From assembly GCA_965209085.1 (NCBI GenBank), contig OZ242376.1, positions 128,001 to 192,000 on the forward strand: a stretch of 64,000 bases of DNA, written 5' to 3'. The translations under genes and the position numbers were made by a program. The notes below the pieces were generated by a model. The model saw only the letters and a program-made list of their open reading frames with translations. It had not been told where the DNA came from and did no database searches. Positions 62,201 to 64,000 of this stretch are shown here, piece after piece. Source of the stretch: Nitrosopumilaceae archaeon. GTDB taxonomy: Archaea > Thermoproteota > Nitrososphaeria > Nitrososphaerales > Nitrosopumilaceae. How positions within the stretch are numbered: position 1 is the stretch's first letter; every line of letters begins with the position of its first letter.

Positions 62201-62566
62201 ATGGCAAACAAGGAAAAATTTATCAATGCTGCCAAATCCGGCAAAATCCTGATTGAAAAATGCGTAAAATGCGGCTACTGCCATTTGGCCACAGTCTATT
62301 TTTGCCAAAAATGCGGCGGTTCTGATTTTACCGACGAGATACTAGATGGTTCAGGCAAAGTGGTAACATATACGATAATCACGGTGCCTCCGGACGGCTT
62401 TGAAAAACATGTTCCATATGCATGGGTGGTTTTAAAATTGGACGGATCAGATCTGCGCGTTTCAGGTTTTATGGCCGACATAAAGGCCCCATCTGATCTG
62501 CCAATCGGCACTGAATCCCGGATAACAGGATTTGACGATCGGGGCATCATAATCGAGCAAAAATAG
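62201..62566 (+). CDS. DUF35 Zn-ribbon/OB-fold thiolase partner
   Basis: CxxCG...CxxCG, GKVVTYT, PYA. Confidence 0.9.
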   Translation: MANKEKFINAAKSGKILIEKCVKCGYCHLATVYFCQKCGGSDFTDEILDGSGKVVTYTIITVPPDGFEKHVPYAWVVLKLDGSDLRVSGFMADIKAPSDLPIGTESRITGFDDRGIIIEQK

Positions 62567-62601
62567 GCATTTTCTGCCAAACATGGGGAAATTTTAATAT
62601 C

Positions 62602-62784
62602 ATGATCGATTTTACACACTGTATGTCTGTAGATATAACATGTGGCAAATGTGGGAAAAAAATAACCACATTGAAAATGATAAAACCCATAAAAGATGTC
62701 ATGGCAGCATATGATGGCAAATGTCCGTTCTGCAAACAAAAACTTTCCACATCGGAATTTTCTCTTGACAGGGTTGAAAACTGA
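62602..62784 (+). CDS. Small zinc-ribbon protein
   Basis: CGKCG...CPFCK; true start probably MSVDI. Confidence 0.7.
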   Translation: MIDFTHCMSVDITCGKCGKKITTLKMIKPIKDVMAAYDGKCPFCKQKLSTSEFSLDRVEN

Positions 62785-62825
62785 TCGTCAAAAGTTTTAT
62801 TTAGTGTACGACTAGTAGAAACACT

Positions 62826-64000
62826 ATGGAAATGCAAGAAGGCATGGAAACAAAACGTAGTGGTCTTCTCCTATCCCAGGCAAAACGCGTAAAAATGATC
62901 TTTTCGGTCATGGCAAGTCCAAACCGCATAGACATCCTTCGAATTCTCAATTCAAAAGGTCCTCTGACGTATTCAGAACTGAAATCACTTGCTGGCTTTA
63001 AATCCAAAAAAGAGAGCGGCAAATTCGCCTACCATCTGCGCAAACTACTCAGACAGTCACTGGTGGCACTGAACAAATCCGAGCGCCGATATACGATTAC
63101 AAATTTGGGTCAGCTGGTTCTAAGCCTTGCCCGACAGATAGAGGAACGCTCGGTCATAGAAAGCGGCAAAATGTACGTGCGTACGTCACACGAATCAATC
63201 GAGGAATTTGCCTCCCATAAAATTACCCAGTCGCTTGCAAAAGAGGGCGGATTGCCGGAGAATCTGGCACAAAAAATCAGCGAAGAAGTTGAGAATCGAA
63301 TATACAAGTACCAGCCTTCGTATCTTACCGGGTCACTCATACGTGAAATGGTAAACGCTGTTCTTATGGAACACGGACACGAAGAATATAGAAACAAACT
63401 TGCACGACTTGGAATGCCCGTATATGATATTGCCGACACGTTTTCAAACATTGAAAAAGTTGGCAGTGGAATAGACAGCTTGGTTTCAAAGATTGGATCC
63501 ACGGTATTTTCAGAATTTCTTCTCTTGGAAAAACTTCCAAAAGATATTGCAGATTCACATCTTGGCGGCGATTTACACATTACAAATACCGGACTGTGGT
63601 CTCTTTTACCTGATACAATATTTACAAGCATAAAGGAACTTGCCGACGACGGATTGGATTTGGGAGGAAAACTTTTAAACGTTTCAAGATTGGCTCCAGT
63701 GAAAACTTTGGACGGAATAGTATCCGCATTATCCATAATCGTTTCACTTGTTTCACGGGAAGCCTCACAGGAAGTCGTATTGGACGGACTTGTACAATTG
63801 GTTTCAAAATATTCAAAAAATATTGGAGAATTTGAAGAAAAACTGGTTTTTGCATTTGCTACAGCTTCTGCATCATTACAGCACGGAAGAGATTCAGGCA
63901 CCGTTACATTTAGACTGGCACTTGGATCTGATACAAAGATAATTCGTGCCATAATTTCAGCCTATGTACAATATGTCAAAATTACTCCAATACCCAAACT
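62826..64000 (+). CDS. ArsR-type wHTH + ATP-cone + NrdD-like domain protein (3' truncated by window)
   Basis: Manually translated: ASPNRIDILRIL..GPLTYSELK...FAYHLRKL; YVRTSHESIEEF..KITQSL..EG..LTGSLIREMVN (ATP-cone); SHLGGDLHI. Confidence 0.8.
   Translation, partial: MEMQEGMETKRSGLLLSQAKRVKMIFSVMASPNRIDILRILNSKGPLTYSELKSLAGFKSKKESGKFAYHLRKLLRQSLVALNKSERRYTITNLGQLVLSLARQIEERSVIESGKMYVRTSHESIEEFASHKITQSLAKEGGLPENLAQKISEEVENRIYKYQPSYLTGSLIREMVNAVLMEHGHEEYRNKLARLGMPVYDIADTFSNIEKVGSGIDSLVSKIGSTVFSEFLLLEKLPKDIADSHLGGDLHITNTGLWSLLPDTIFTSIKELADDGLDLGGKLLNVSRLAPVKTLDGIVSALSIIVSLVSREASQEVVLDGLVQLVSKYSKNIGEFEEKLVFAFATASASLQHGRDSGTVTFRLALGSDTKIIRAIISAYVQYVKITPIPK

Noticed and set aside
63110-63952. 280-aa minus-strand ORF
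   Set aside because: Antisense shadow of the HTH/ATP-cone gene, which runs off the window

Overview
Archaeal chromosomal segment, almost certainly from an ammonia-oxidising Nitrososphaerota (Thaumarchaeota, Nitrosopumilaceae-like). Evidence: PolD DP2, GINS, thermosome, TiaS, Dph2, A-type ATP synthase with divergent subunit I, CFI-box-CTERM surface proteins, a blue-copper protein, GGGP synthase and a Grs-like radical SAM. Most of the window is core housekeeping and ether-lipid/isoprenoid genes. The standout locus is 28260-29861. There an IS110-family (IS1111-type layout) DEDD recombinase element sits inside the terminal repeat of a 78-bp MITE (3-bp TSD), which sits inside an 81-bp MITE (8-bp TSD). 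The ~200-nt non-coding end downstream of the recombinase folds into two internal-loop hairpins. One loop matches the MITE terminus (target) and the other matches the element's own circle junction (donor), i.e. a bridge/seek-RNA-type guide readable directly from the sequence. Joining the IS ends also creates an archaeal TATA box at -30 to -23 from the recombinase GTG. Also present: further copies of both MITE families (including a 31-bp minimal one), a decayed IS481-like element, a 133-bp tandem repeat and a tRNA-iMet with two apparent introns. All calls come from manual reading and motif recognition; no searches were run.
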